The notes: generated by a model not told the origin, from the letters alone. A DNA stretch of 63,972 nt, filler included, from Octopus bimaculoides (GCF_001194135.2; 8 parts of 7 records of this genome joined end to end with filler, not necessarily neighbours in it), one strand, 5' to 3'. Positions 24,230-38,245 are shown, counted from the whole stretch's first letter. Translations and numbers: made by a program.

Positions 24230-24760
24230 GTTCCAAGCGAATTCCAAATTATTATAATCAAATTCATTTAAAACGTAGAAAGGTTTATTAATCAAACTAA
24301 CAACATGAAAAACACGTTAAACAGCTTATTATTAACTTTCAAAAATCTCAAATGACATGTACGCAGAAGCCGATAACATTAAAATTATTGAACTTAATAG
24401 AACCGCCTATAGACCGCAAATTATTATCGAAAAGTATATCGAAAACGTATATATTAAAGAAAAAAACAAGTCAAAACATTAAAACAAAATATGACAAAGC
24501 TAAAACCTTAGCAGCACATTTAAATATGGAAGACTGTGTGGAACATTTCATTCCGTTAAAACCCTACATAACGCTCAAAGACCAAATCACAATTTTATTG
24601 CCAAATCAAAATGCATCACATCAAAAGCGAACTGGATATGGTTAATAAACATATATTGGATTCAATAAAGCATAAAAACTGAGCAAACAATTCTATTTTA
24701 ATGGAATTGCAGTAGCGGTTAAATTACATCGTTTTGTAAAATAGAAAGTATTGAAATGGA
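24230..24760 (+). mobile_element. Penelope-like element (PLE) RT N-terminal fragment, decayed
   Basis: KTLAAHLNMEDCVEHFIPLKPYITLKD...SKSELDMVNKHILDSI resembles PLE 'LA..L...DR.E......PFITLKDHK..F...SKSELG..SK.ILD'. Confidence 0.6.
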
Positions 24761-24865
24761 GGCCAACTGAAAACGCATACAATTCGATACAATAGTGCAC
24801 AAATATTTCTTAAAAAAAATTATATTAGAATTCAGATAACTTACTCGATATCTTTATTTAATAAT

Positions 24866-25080
24866 GGTTTCAAATTTTGGCACGGGGCCAACAATTTCGG
24901 GAGAGGTGGAGATGAGTCGATTACATCGACCCCCGTGCTCAACAGGTACTTATTTTATTGACCCCGCGAAAGAATGAAAGGGAAAGTCGACCTCGGCGGA
25001 ATTTGAACTCAGAACATGAAGTCGGACGAAAAGCCGCTAAGCATTTTGCCCGGCGTTCTAACGAATCTACCAGTTCGCTG
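24866..25080 (-). mobile_element. SINE family A
   Basis: Reverse complement of the family A head, core and tail. Confidence 0.8.
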
Positions 25081-25656
25081 GTATTATATCTTTATTTGCT
25101 AATAGCTGACGTAATAAGTATTGGTTGATTGGTTGATTTGTCTAAGTCGCGCTTCACATCGTATAGGGAGCGGGGGGACAGATTAAGTGTGACGCAGTGA
25201 GAGAGAGAGAGAGAGAGAGAGTTAACGTAAGTGGTGTCGGATGAGTACACATACTAGGCTTGGACTTGTAGCAAGCAATGAGTAAAGGAACGTTGCATAC
25301 ACACGCACAGTGAGACAAAAACGAATCATTAAGACAAAGGAGCAGGAGTAATTGACTGAGGACTAATGGAAGGATTTATATTGAAGGGAACGGCGAATAA
25401 ACACGTACGTACAAACATGTATGTTTAAAAAGGAAAGACGTGAGTCGTTTTGTGCTACAGGCTAAAGATTTTAAAATCTAACAGCACTTATACACATGCA
25501 TAGAGTGTATATAACTTGGTACATAAATTTATTTCGCAGTTTATATAACTTGGTACATACAATTATTTCGCAGTTTATATTCGATAAGTAAAAATAAAAT
25601 GAAAACAAATTTTATTCACCATGTTGATTATATCATTGATGTTCCCTCCCACCCCC

Positions 25657-25733
<77 letters not shown>

Positions 25734-25743
25734 CTATCTCATA

Positions 25744-25787
<44 letters not shown>

Positions 25788-26223
25788 ATACATTTATGGT
25801 TGTTTTAGAAAAAAAATACAGTGATCTCTTGTTTTGAGAAAATATAGCTGCAGGATTGAAAAAAGAATTGAAACCGTGAATTAGCAACTACTTAAACATC
25901 ATTATTTTTATTTCTCAACAACGTAATGTAGTTAATCTATGAAGGTAGCATCGTAGAAAATAAGACATTTGTTACAAAAAAAAAAAAAGTACATACATGT
26001 ACACAGACATGCAGGAAGTAAATAGACAACTTTAATTTTCAAAACCCTTCATTGGTTGAAGGAAAGGTTTTCTTCTAGCTGCTCGTCCATAATACCCAAG
26101 CTTATACAGATATGTAACACATGNNNNNNNNNNNNNNNNNNNNNNNNNNNNNNNNNNNNNNNNNNNNTTAATTAATTAANNNNNNNNNNNNNNNNNNNNN
26201 NNNNNNNNNNNNNNNNNNNNNNN

Positions 26224-26329
26224 GTTTTTATAAATCATGTAGTAGCACTTGCATCTATTCTAGTAGACTCTCCAGATCTGGAGAGTCTACTAGAATAGAT
26301 GCAAGTTCTACTACATGATTTATAAAAAC
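26224..26329. repeat. 106-bp spacer-less palindrome (1 mismatch) centred on AGATCT
   Basis: The left 53 bp is the reverse complement of the right 53 bp except for one base; it abuts a scaffold gap. Confidence 0.9.
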
Positions 26330-26501
26330 ATGTGAAATATTAATAAAAATCTGTAAATGTACAACCATCCAGATATCTGAGTACCTTATTATTTTTTCTA
26401 ATATATAATTCCTGTACATTACCTCCAAACCTTCTAATATATATATGTATATATATGCATATGTACATGTATATATGTATATGTATATATATGTGCATAT
26501 A

Positions 26502-27841
26502 CAGCCTTGACCTAAAGTATTAGGCCACCTCAATGTTTTGGGGTTCTGCTAAATCAATGTTAATGTAACTCGTGCACATGGTAGATTATAGCATATTTCA
26601 TAATATACATTAGTTTTAATATCTGGTTGGTCCTTCTTAAGCGTCAATTACCACTTTTATACTGTACTATATATATGTAACCAATTATGAGTAAGACCAA
26701 CGTTCAAAATTAACTTATGTTTCCTTGATTATTTCAGAGTTTAATACTAAAATATGTTGTAGATACAGTTAATAAACAGTAAAATGCCTAAAACAAGGGA
26801 GTTGAGTGAGTGTGAGCGAGGTCAAATCATAGCTCATCATGAAAATGGAATGTCTCAAAGGCAAATTGCTCAGAAGATGAAATGTTCTCGATAAGCAGTG
26901 CAAACGACTCTCAAGCGCTTCAGGGAGACAAAAGATGTGAAGACTATACAAAGAACAGGTAGAAAAAAGGTTACATCACCTCATGATGACAGATCCATCA
27001 TCCATCAGCCAATCAGTAACAGGAGAAAAACATCACCAGAGCTCTATGTGAACTTCAACGAAGCAAGTACTTCACAAATATCAGCCATAACTGTTAGAAG
27101 AAGGCTTGTAGAGTACGGTCTGAAAGGCTGTAAAGCCAGGAAGAGGCCATGGGTTTTTGAAGCAAATATGGAAAAACGTCTTCAGTGGGCCAAAAATGAC
27201 TCAAATTGGACCAGTGAGCAATGGTCAAAAGTCATATGGTCTGATGAAAGTAACTATGAGGTAAGATAGTACATGTATTTAATCAACATATAACTGGTTT
27301 GTTGCCGAAAATATATTAAAAAGTATCCAACATAAAGCTAATGTTATTTTTCATGTTTTTACCCAGGTTTCTAGTACATCTGGTGCAACTTTCATGCATC
27401 GTAGAGTTGGGGAAGCATTTAAGGTTCAACGTCTGGTACCAACTGTAAAACATGGGGGTGGTTCTATCATGGTGTCGGCCTGCATGTCTGCCACAGGACC
27501 CGGAGAAATGTTTTTATATCAGGGAAGGATGAATTCAGCTACCTATGTTTCTAGGTTATCGGATGTATATACAACCTTTGCCAAAAGTATTAGGCCACCC
27601 CAATGTTTTGGGATTCTGCTATCTCAATGTTAATGAAACTCGTGCACATGGTAGATTATGGTATATTTCACAATATACATTAGTTTTAAGTGCTCAACTG
27701 CATCCAGGAGTGTCGAAAAAAAGTTTCATTTTCCAACAGGACAACGCTTCATGTCATACAGCAAAGAATACTCGTCAATGGTTTGAGACACGGTATTGTT
27801 CCCATGGACTGGCCAGCTCAAAGTCCCGATCTAAATCCAAT
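26502..27841 (+). mobile_element. Tc1-like transposon, defective transposase with a GT-AG intron
   Basis: TA-CAGCCTTGACCTAAAGT terminus; ATG 26784 MPKTRELSECERGQII...(stop at 26892)...WSDESNYE, intron 27261-27366, then VSSTSGATF...TVKHGGGSIMV...FQQDNASCH...WPAQSPDLNP; right end lost in a gap. Confidence 0.88.
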
Positions 27842-28173
27842 NNNNNNNNNNNNNNNNNNNNNNNNNNNNNNNNNNNNNNNNNNNNNNNNNNNNNNNNNNN
27901 NNNNNNNNNNNNNNNNNNNNNNNNNNNNNNNNNNNNNNNNNGACAACTGAAGAAGGGTAATATTCTTTATGTTGCATGTCTCGTTTCTCTGAGGGTTTTT
28001 TTCTTTGTTCGAAAAAATGTTCGTTTCCTGTCTTCATCTTTATGTTTTCATTTCGCATTGTGTTTAATGTTTTTCTTTATGTCCTGTACCTATATATGCT
28101 TGTATGTGTACATATAGATGACGGTATGTACATATATGTACGAATATATATTATTTATGTTATTATATATATT

Positions 28174-28268
<95 letters not shown>

Positions 28269-28328
28269 ATAGGAAGGACAACAAAAGAAAGAAAGGGACC
28301 TCGATATTATGTAAATAGAGGAATTTAT

Positions 28329-28510
28329 CTGTAAAAATATGCGACACTTATTCGGTAGCCATGATAAAACTCCGAGTTTCGGATATATCATTTTTCACAG
28401 GAATTTTCAATGGCCAGATAACTGAAGAGATGTTGGCATGGGCTCCCAGCCGGCATCCGAAACTCGGAGTTTTATCATGGCTACCAAATAAGTGCCACAT
28501 ATTTTTACAG
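28329..28510. mobile_element. MITE with ~55-bp TIRs
   Basis: CTGTAAAAATATG...GTAGCCATGATAAAACTCCGAGTTTCGGAT pairs with ATCCGAAACTCGGAGTTTTATCATGGCTAC...CATATTTTTACAG. Confidence 0.8.
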
Positions 28511-28545
<35 letters not shown>

Positions 28546-28608
28546 TATATGTATTTTGGGATGCATGTATTTCTGTATGCATATGTATGTGTGTGTATAT
28601 GTATATAG

Positions 28609-28639
<31 letters not shown>

Positions 28640-29191
28640 GACAGACAGACAAATAGATAGATATTTGTATGTACATATATATATATATATATATGAATTT
28701 GAGGATACACATGTACACACATATAGCAATTTGAAGGAATAAATACTCTTTAATAATCACAAAAAAATATTCTTTTTGACCAATGTAATTAGTTGAGAGC
28801 TCAATAGAAGTAAAAATGAATCAGGTTTATGGTAATAATATAATAATATATAAGTAGAGTTAAAACAAAAGGCATTTGAAAATAAAATTGAGAATATGAA
28901 AATTATATATTCTCTATCTTCCCTGGACGATCATATTTCTAGTAGTCAGTTGTTCATAGAAACAAGATACTTTCATCACTGAAGATTTATGTACGTTAGA
29001 ATACGTTATATATTTATTTCAATATGTAGATTGATTTTGTTTCCAAGTGTCTTTTAAATGGAACTGCACGCCAATGTCATGATATATCATTTAACGTCCA
29101 TGTTCTATGCTGGTGTTGGTTAGATAAATAAATAGATGCAGTTATAGATACACACACACACATACACACACACACACATACCTGCATACAA

Positions 29192-29232
<41 letters not shown>

Positions 29233-30764
29233 CACACACAAATACATACAAGCGTGTCATATAAATATATATATATATATACACTCACACACACACACAC
29301 ACATACATATATATATATGCATACAAAAATACATACATGCATATTTATACATATATATACACACATATACATATACACATACACATATGTATACATATAT
29401 ATATATATATATTCATTCATACATACATTATATATATATATATATATGTATGCTTTTATGTATGCATATAATTAGCTTTTGAATGCCTACCGCATTAATT
29501 ACATTAATACTAAATTACTAAACTAACTATTGGTTTCCATGCAGATATTGTCTCTGAGCAATGTTAATGGACTACTGCGACTTTGCAACAGTGAAGTAAA
29601 TTATACAACCTTATGACCTCAGCTACATACCTGCAGCTCAGTAAACTGAGCTATTGTGATTTAATTGTCTTGACCTTAGATACATTACAATGCCACAGAC
29701 TATATGTGTATTGCTGATGGCTAGATATAAACCTCTTTACTGTCAGTTAGTTAGTTGTCCATGGTTCCAGGTTTGATCTCCATTAAACAACACCTTGAGT
29801 AAGTGCCTTCCACTCAAAGATCAAATGCCTTGATCCTTGACTGCCTTTAATATAGTTCCCTCTAATGCATGTTTTCAGACTAGATCTTTGATCAAACAAT
29901 AAATCATGATGGTTTTAGCCTCCTTTTTGCCTTCAAGTCCTTTAAAAATAAGTCATGGGTACAGCCCTTTCTACATGAATTATATAATAAAAATATTAAA
30001 AATAAAAGAAGTCTATCAACTTGGTTTTCTGCACACTTAGAAGTAAATATAAAGTGGGGAAAATAAGTATTCTTTTGATTAGGAATATTTCTGTATTAAA
30101 GTATCATTTAGCACTAAATAAGAGATCAAATCTTTTGAAACCAGTTTTGCTCTAAGAAGTTTGAGGAAGACATGAGGTATTTTATAGAAATGAACTTAAC
30201 ATATGCAACACAAACTTTAGAGAAGCTGTCTTGCTATCTATGAATCATGTGGGTACAGATGAAACTATATTGATTTTATCTCAACTTGGAAGAAAGACAG
30301 AAAAAATTAGCTTGAACACAAAGCAAATACCTGCTAGAATGTTCCCCACCCTACACACATATACATACATATAGATAGATAGATAGATATAGATATAAAT
30401 ATTATATATATATACATATAAATACATTATACATACATGTATATATATCTATATACACAACACACACACATGTATCTACATATCTATATAATATGTATAT
30501 TACACATACAATTATGTATATATTATACATATATGTGTATATATATATATATATATATNNNNNNNNNNNNNNNNNNNNNNNNNNNNNNNNNNNNNNNNNN
30601 NNNNNNNNNNNNNNNNNNNNNNNNNNNNNNNNNNNNNNNNNNNNNNNNNNNNNNNNNNNNNNNNNNNNNNNNNNNNNNNNNNNNNNNNNNNNNNNNNNNN
30701 NNNNNNNNNNNNNNNNNNNNNNNNNNNNNNNNNNNNNNNNNNNNNNNNNNNNNNNNNNNNNNNN

Positions 30765-30810
<46 letters not shown>

Positions 30811-30864
30811 CATGTATGTTTATATTTATATGATATATATATATATATTACATACATATATATA

Positions 30865-31702
30865 CAGGGGTAAATTGTCGCCATTTTATATTTTTTATTT
30901 CACACATGCACATTGTTTGTTTTTGATTTTGTTAACTAGATTGTATAGTAGGATCAGTTGGGCACCATCTGTGAGGAAAACAGCACTGTGATGTAATTCA
31001 CTCTGCCAGTAATTTGGATACAACATGCTGTACTGCTCCAGTATGAACATTTCAGAGTGTTGGGTGTCTACCTGTGTCCCCAAAACATGTACCAAGAATG
31101 ATAAAAATGAAACATCCAGTCAACATCATGGTATTTAGAGTGATCACTAGTGATAGCGACGTTATACTTCCATTCATCTTCCCACACAGCCTCAAACCCA
31201 ACACAGAGGCCTATATCAAGTGCTTGGAGGAGGTAGTGCTGCCCTGGGTCAAGAGGGTGGCTGCTGGAAGTCTGACAACAAGACTCTGCACCATACCACA
31301 CAAGCAGGAGAACTCAGTCATGGCTGTCAAACAATTTCTGTGACCACTTCACCCCTAACATTTGGCCACCTAAGTCTCCAGACTGTAATCCCCTTGATTA
31401 TTATGTGTAGGGTGCAGTTGAGAGAGACCAACAAAACTCCTTGTAACATCAAAGATGAACTGAAGGCATGGATTATGGCAGTATTCACCAACTTAAACAA
31501 GGAGACTGTCCAGAAGAGTTGCAGGAGATTCTGAAGTTGGCTGAAGGCCGTGGTTGAAGCTAACGATGATTAAATTGAGTAAATTTATTCTTTAGTATTT
31601 CAAGATATTTTTATATAATTTTGGTAAGTATATGTTAAAATGATATGTCAGCATTATTTTCATTTTTGCATAATTTAGACAGCAATTCAATCACCGCACT
31701 CT
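30865..31702 (+). mobile_element. Decayed maT/DD37D-like transposon
   Basis: KHPVNIMVFRVITSD...YIKCLEEVVLPW...QDSAPCHT...WPPKSPDCNPLDYY...ETNKTPCNIKDELKA..., with frameshifts. Confidence 0.8.
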
Positions 31703-32139
31703 ATATATTATATGTACATGTATGTATATATATAATAGACATGTATGTATGAGAGAGCAGTGCATGCCATCAAAATGACACTGGGGTAAAATATACGAAG
31801 CCCAGTATACCCATCATGACTACCTGTCTGATAAGAGTACACAAGGCACATGCATCACAACCATATGTGCGCGACATGGTGATCTCATATCAAGTTAAAC
31901 AGCACATGACCTAGCATGTATGTATGTATGTATGTATGTATGTATGTCATTATTCAATTTATTTCAATATTTCTTTGCTTGGAAATGAGTGAAAGTTAGT
32001 GACAGGAAGGGCATCCAACTATAGAAAATCTGCCTTAATAAGCTCTGTCTGACCAATGCAAGCATAGAAAAGTGGATATTAAAAGGTGGTGGTAGTGGTG
32101 GCGGTAGCGGTGGTGAAAAGTGGAGGTCAAGCAAGGCAA

Positions 32140-33230
32140 CTAACAAATTTATGGTAAAATAGAGCCTATATGAGACAAATTTTTGAAAAGGATGAAAGAA
32201 AACCAAAAAAGATTACATAAAGAAGCAAAGAGATAACAAAGAAGGAATTCAAAACACTATAAGTTCACCTCACAGTGGGAGAAATAAAAAGTAGAAGACT
32301 TGATAATGTTCAACATTAAGAGCATATGAGTCTTGAATTATTTGGAATTATGGAAATGTCAAGAACTTTGTAATTGAGAAAAAATGGTGTGTCTGAATCA
32401 TACCTTTCTTCAGTGTCAAACTAAACAAAGAGATGTGGAAGTTACATGAAAAGTTGATGAACAAGGAAAATAAATAGGATACAGAAAGCCTACCCCACAT
32501 AGAATTTACAGTGGCTGTGGATGGTGGAGATGTGTATGAAAATGATGAGACTATGAAAACTGTAGAGCCTTCAGAGATAGGCTGCATAATTTTAGGATGG
32601 GTTGATGTCACATTGATTACTTATTTGACTGAAATGATCATGCAGAAAGGTAGTACTCATGATGACTGACAGAACTTTGTCTGAAATTATGAAACACTAA
32701 AAAACATTTAATGTAATGGAGTTGGTTGGAAGATGCATAGCAAAGCTTGTAGAGGAGAGAGAGCTTATAGTTTATAGTTTTAATTTGTAGAAAACTATGG
32801 GAAATCTAGGACAAATTAAAGAGTGCATGATAGGTTTAGTGGAGGAAATTTAATTATTCTTGTTAAAGTTAACTATTTTTCCATTACTTGAAGTTTTGCA
32901 CCAGGGAGTTTAACAAAGATATTTCCAAAAATTAGAAATATTTCATTATTGATATGCAATCTGACAAATGCTTCTCTGGTGTGAAACCCCATGTAATTGT
33001 TAAAGTGATCAACTTCAAAAATAATAATTATATGTGAAAAAGGGGACTGAATAAGAGTCCAGAAAGAAATGAAGCTAGAAGGCTCTATGGGATGTGCAAT
33101 GTAAGTGTGCTTCAACAACAAAGTAGAAATGCATATAAGAGGAATCAAGTGTAGCGTGCTGGTCTGGACCTGTGAAGTACGGTGCTAAAGAAGAATCCTC
33201 TATCTCAACAAAACAGATTTAGTAAGAACA
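32140..33230 (+). mobile_element. Highly decayed RTE-clade LINE remnants
   Basis: ERNEARRLYGMCNVSV resembles RTE C-terminal 'ERNEASMLRWMCNVSV'; many stops. Confidence 0.4.
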
Positions 33231-33544
33231 CAGTATGTCTCTGTGTATATATATAGGCACTGGCTATGGGGAAAGAAGTTTGCTTCCCAACTACATGGTT
33301 CTGGGTTCAGTCCCACTGTGTGGCACCTTGGGCAAGTGTCTTCTACTACAGCCTCAAGCCAACCAAAGCCTGGCAAGTGGATTTGGTAGACAGACTACAT
33401 CAGTGTTCCCAATTTTTTTCTAATTCAGTATCCAAAATATTTTAATTTTCTACCATTGATAAAGTCTAGTAAAATATTTTGCGTTTTTGTGTCTTATGAA
33501 TGTATTTTCTCGTTAATATTTGTATCATATTTGCATTAAGAAAA

Positions 33545-33740
33545 TGAGCTGGCAGAATGATTAGCACACCTGGCAAAATGCTTAGTGGCATGTTGTCCAT
33601 CTTTACATTCTGTGTTCAAATTCCACTGAAGTCAACTTTGTCTTTCATCTTTTTCAAGTCGATAAAATAAGTACCAGTTGAACACTGGGGTCAATGTAAT
33701 CAACTTAGCCCCTGGCCTTGTGCTAAAACTTGAAACCAAC
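33545..33740 (+). mobile_element. SINE family A (degenerate)
   Basis: GAGCTGGCAGAATGATTAGCAC...GTCGATAAAATAAGTACCAG. Confidence 0.7.
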
Positions 33741-34084
33741 AGTTGTATTTGCTTCGAAGTGCACTTCATGTACAAAATAAGTTTGGAAATTATTATTAGA
33801 GAATGAGTTTCTGTTCTAGACTATGTAAGTTTCAAATGAAACATGTGATGTTCATGTTAGAATAAATTCTTAGTGATGCAGATAATGCATTTTTAGCTTA
33901 ATATAAGAGAGAGAGGTGGATTGAATAAGCCTCAATGGTGTAATTTTAGCACATATACTCAGAAATAGATATATGGTTGATTCCTCTCAGTAGGTTCACT
34001 ATTACTTTTTACTCTTCAATTGTTATTCATAAATTTATGTGTATGTGTGTGTGTGTGTGTGTGTATATATATCTCCATACATTC

Positions 34085-34125
<41 letters not shown>

Positions 34126-34238
34126 AAAACATTTCAAGCACTGGCATAACAAATATATATGTATATAAGTATATAAATGTGTGTGTGTGTGTGTGTAGAT
34201 AGACAGACACAAATAGATAGAGATGTAGATAGATAGAC

Positions 34239-34287
<49 letters not shown>

Positions 34288-34355
34288 TAGGCTATGCATA
34301 TAGATATAGCATTTACACATATATATATATATATGTGTGTGTGTGTATATATATA

Positions 34356-34463
<108 letters not shown>

Positions 34464-34689
34464 CATAAAACATAAGTACTAACTTAACTATGTGTATGTA
34501 TGCACACATGTGCATACATACTTATAGGGGATGTTGGTGTGGATAGCCATGCAGACAAAAACACAGTTAAGAAGTGTATGCTGGAAAGACTGTTGCAGTA
34601 TCAAGGAGTGTTACTGAGATGTTTAATATACCTGGCAAAGTAGTTCATGTGCTTGTGACTCACATAGTGAATCAGAAATTTCAGGAAAT

Positions 34690-35350
34690 TGTCATGTCAA
34701 ATTACTTGTGTCAACAGTAGCATCAACAGACATAAGGGTAAAGAAACTACTATAGAAAGAAGCAACTACAGAGGTGTCGAGATGATGGACCAGATTATGA
34801 AAGTTATTGAAAGAGTTTGGGAACAAATAGTTTGGAAGGAAATTAGTCTATACAAGATAAAGTTCAGGTTTATACTAGGAGAGGGTGTTGTCAATGGTCT
34901 CTTCCTAGTGAGATAACTCAGAGATACTTTGCTAAAAATAAACCTTTCTACCTAACTTTTGTCAACTTGAAGGAATCCTTTGACAGGATTCAGTGCTCTG
35001 TTGGTTGGTGGTCACTAAGTATACTAGGGATTGACAAATGACTTGTACAAGTAATGTACAAAGGTACTATGAGCAAGGTAAAAGTTAACAAGGGGTTCAG
35101 TGAGGAATTTAGCATGCAGTTTATTGTACATCAGGCTTCATTTCTCATCATGCATCTGTTTATTATAGTTCTACAAACCATTAGAGAGGAGTTTAAGACC
35201 AATTGTTTGTGGGAACTCCTAGATACCAATGTCCTAACTTTCATAGTTGAATCTATCAAAGAGAAAATTCAAAACTTGGGATCAAGAAGCCTGAAAGTAA
35301 ACTTAGCAAAAATTGAAGTTTTGATTACCAAGGGAGAAAACAATATCCTA
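34690..35350 (+). mobile_element. RTE-clade LINE reverse transcriptase fragment (pseudogenised)
   Basis: YRGVEMMDQIMKVIERV...ESFDRI...WWSL..LG...SEEFSMQFIVHQASF...LFIIVLQTIREEFKT..WELL...LKVNLAKIEVL. Confidence 0.75.
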
Positions 35351-35479
35351 CTCTTTTGACTGCTAACTACTCCTTTTCTGCATACTCAGTGTAGCTATTC
35401 TGATAGCTGTATAATAAAGAAATTCCAAAGGATCGATGTTCCAGGGAAAATTGACTGAATGGATTAGTTCCAGTTAGAA

Positions 35480-36380
35480 GGCAGTGAGCTAGGGGACAAA
35501 TATTGATGAGAAATCAGGAGTACTTGAGTAGAGACAACATGAAACCAGCCAGCTTTGAGGAGCAGAAGCTTCTGTCGAAGAGGTGAAAAGAGCAGAGAGA
35601 GGAGACATCACATCTGTGAGGAAGAGACTAGAATGTATTGATGAATGAGTTTCTGCTAATCAGCTCAGAGGTCTTTCAATGAATGTAACTTTTCTGCAGA
35701 TGTCTGTATGGGTAGCTTCAACACTGTACCTGATGTGGGTGCAGTACTCTGTTGGAGTCTCATCTGAGCTTTGTAGGAGTTGCTGTGAGCTGGATTATTT
35801 TCTGACTTTGAAGAGGAATGCTAGTTTTTGTGATGAAGTCTTTTTTATTTTAAGAGTATGTATTTACTAGAAGAGATCCTTAGTGATGGTGAAGTCAAGG
35901 ATTTGCAACATATTTATGAATTCTAGTTGCAATTCTAGATGCAATATGTTCTTGATTTTAGTAATTGTGTCTCTATGCTGTTGAAGAGGAAAATGCTAGC
36001 ATTGCACCAGTGGAAATGTTTTCAAGGCCTGAGTACATTGAGTCAGTACAGGATTGTCACAAGGTGTCTTAGCTGCATGGGAATGATGCCTTACTGCAGA
36101 ATGTTAGTAAAGAATGATAGTTAGCATCATCGTGTAGGAGTGGACATAGTTGAATGAGATGGCAAGTATGTCATAAACATATGAGTGAAAATGCATGGGA
36201 AAGAAAACTGAACCCTGGGGCACAGGCACACTACAGTTAGTGAGAGAGTGCTCTATCAGCCCACACTCTGACAATGTGATCTGACAGGAAGCCACCAAGC
36301 CACATACATAAACACCTCACTTCTTTGGTTTCTTCTTCAGTCACTTCCACATCTTTGGCTGATTACTTGACAGAATAAAC
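35480..36380 (-). mobile_element. CR1/L2-group LINE RT and C-terminal fragment (pseudogenised)
   Basis: Minus strand VPQGSVF...YVYDI...YVHSY (RT motifs 4-5) and downstream SQKLAFLFKVRK..SSQQLL...EYCTHI. Confidence 0.6.
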
Positions 36381-37057
36381 ATTTTCAGTTAGGCTTAACT
36401 TTCTGTTTCCATTTCTAATGATCTGCATACACAAATATTCACATTTCTTGCTCCTGGATTCAACTTTCTCCCCTTTTCACCTTCTTTTTAGATACTCTAT
36501 TGGTGTATGTATAAAAATATATCTTTATTTGCCCACACACATTCACACACACACACACACACACACGCACGCATGCATGCGCATGAACTCACATGTACAA
36601 ACACATGCACACACATACACATATACACAAGCACATACTTTGAATAATGTTGTTTGATTTACTTATACACAAATGAGACAATACAAAGACATATATATAC
36701 ACAAAAAAACACAGTTTATATTATGTTTCAGATATCTCATTTACAAATGCATGCAAAGCACAACAAAAACCTACATATAGTCTGTCTAGAAATGGATGCA
36801 TATTCTTTAATCAAATCACATATTTAACCAACACAAGTACACATATACAATAAATGCAATTCACATTGTAAGTGCACTCTATCACATCACAGCACATCAC
36901 ACACCTAACGTATATATTCATACACTTTCACACAGCTTTGCCCATATGCATTTACAAAGTTCACAAACATGCACACAACACACATACATATGCACATGCA
37001 TGCACACACACATGCACACACAGATGCACACACATACACAGAGACACATACACATGT

Positions 37058-37088
<31 letters not shown>

Positions 37089-37160
37089 GTAATGCCACAT
37101 AATTTATACATTCACATATCCCTACTTGCATGGGACATGGATGTTAAATGATTATGATGG

Positions 37161-37202
<42 letters not shown>

Positions 37203-37867
37203 CGACACATCCATACATACAAATACATCCCAAAACACACACTCACCCCCCCTCCGCACACGCACACACACANNNNNNNNNNNNNNNNNNNNNNNNNNNN
37301 NNNNNNNNNNNNNNNNNNNNNNNNNNNNNNNNNNNNNNNNNNNNNNNNNNNNNNNNNNNNNNNNNNNNNNNNNNNNNNNNNNNNNNNNNNNNNNNNNNNN
37401 NNNNNNNNNNNNNNNNNNNNNNNNNNNNNNNNNNNNNNNNNNNNNNNNNNAAAACAGCAATCTAACCCTACTCTACCCCTGCCCCCCAGTGTCCTACAAC
37501 TTTTCATCTCTCCATGCTTCCTTCCAAAGGAAATTTCTCTCTTTCTCCCTCTCTCCCTGCCTTCTCTCCCCCTCCCTCCTCTCTCCCTCCCTTCTCTCCC
37601 CCTCCCTCCTCTCTCTTTCCTCTCTCTCTCTTCCTTCTCTCTATCGCTCCCCCTCATCCTTCCCATTCAGCACCTTTTCTTTTGAAGTACCAAGGATGTC
37701 TGAGACATCAAAAAAAGGAAACCCTGTTTTTCATTTATTCAAGAGTTAAACTCACACCTTGATCAGCATATTGTGTTATTTCTGTATCACTTTTAACTGT
37801 TTCAACTGTTTTGTCTGTTTGACTTTTGCATTACACACACACACACACACACACACACAATATATAT

Positions 37868-38025
37868 ATCATCATCATCGTTTAACATCTGCTTTCCATG
37901 GTAGCATGGGTTGGATGATTTGACTGACGACTGGTGAACCGGATGGCTACACCAGGCTCCAATCTGATCTGGCAAAGTTTCTACAGCTGGGTGCCCTTCC
38001 TAACGCCAACCACTCCAAGAGTGTA
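37868..38025 (-). mobile_element. LINE/SINE 3' tail ending in (GAT)n (family D, RTE-like)
   Basis: GTTGGCGTTAGGAAGGGCA.CCAGCTGTAGAAAC...GTTAAACGATGATGATG; related to 63700-63950 (-) and ~31945-32110 (+). Confidence 0.6.
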
Positions 38026-38066
38026 TATATGTATATATATAAGTATGTATTTATGTATATATATGC

Positions 38067-38102
<36 letters not shown>

Positions 38103-38106
<4 letters not shown>

Positions 38107-38245
38107 GAGAATATACAAAAAATAACAACAGACGAGGACAGGTGGTGTAAATAACAAAAGTATATATTAGTATGACGCTCGGGAATACGGAAAGTCTTTG
38201 ACGTTTCGAGCTACGCTCTTCAACAGAAAGAATACGGAGACAAGG
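38103..38245 (-). mobile_element. Family H element, copy 2 (hammerhead-like motif 38195-38231)
   Basis: Near-identical to 9848-10035; truncated by a gap. Confidence 0.7.
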
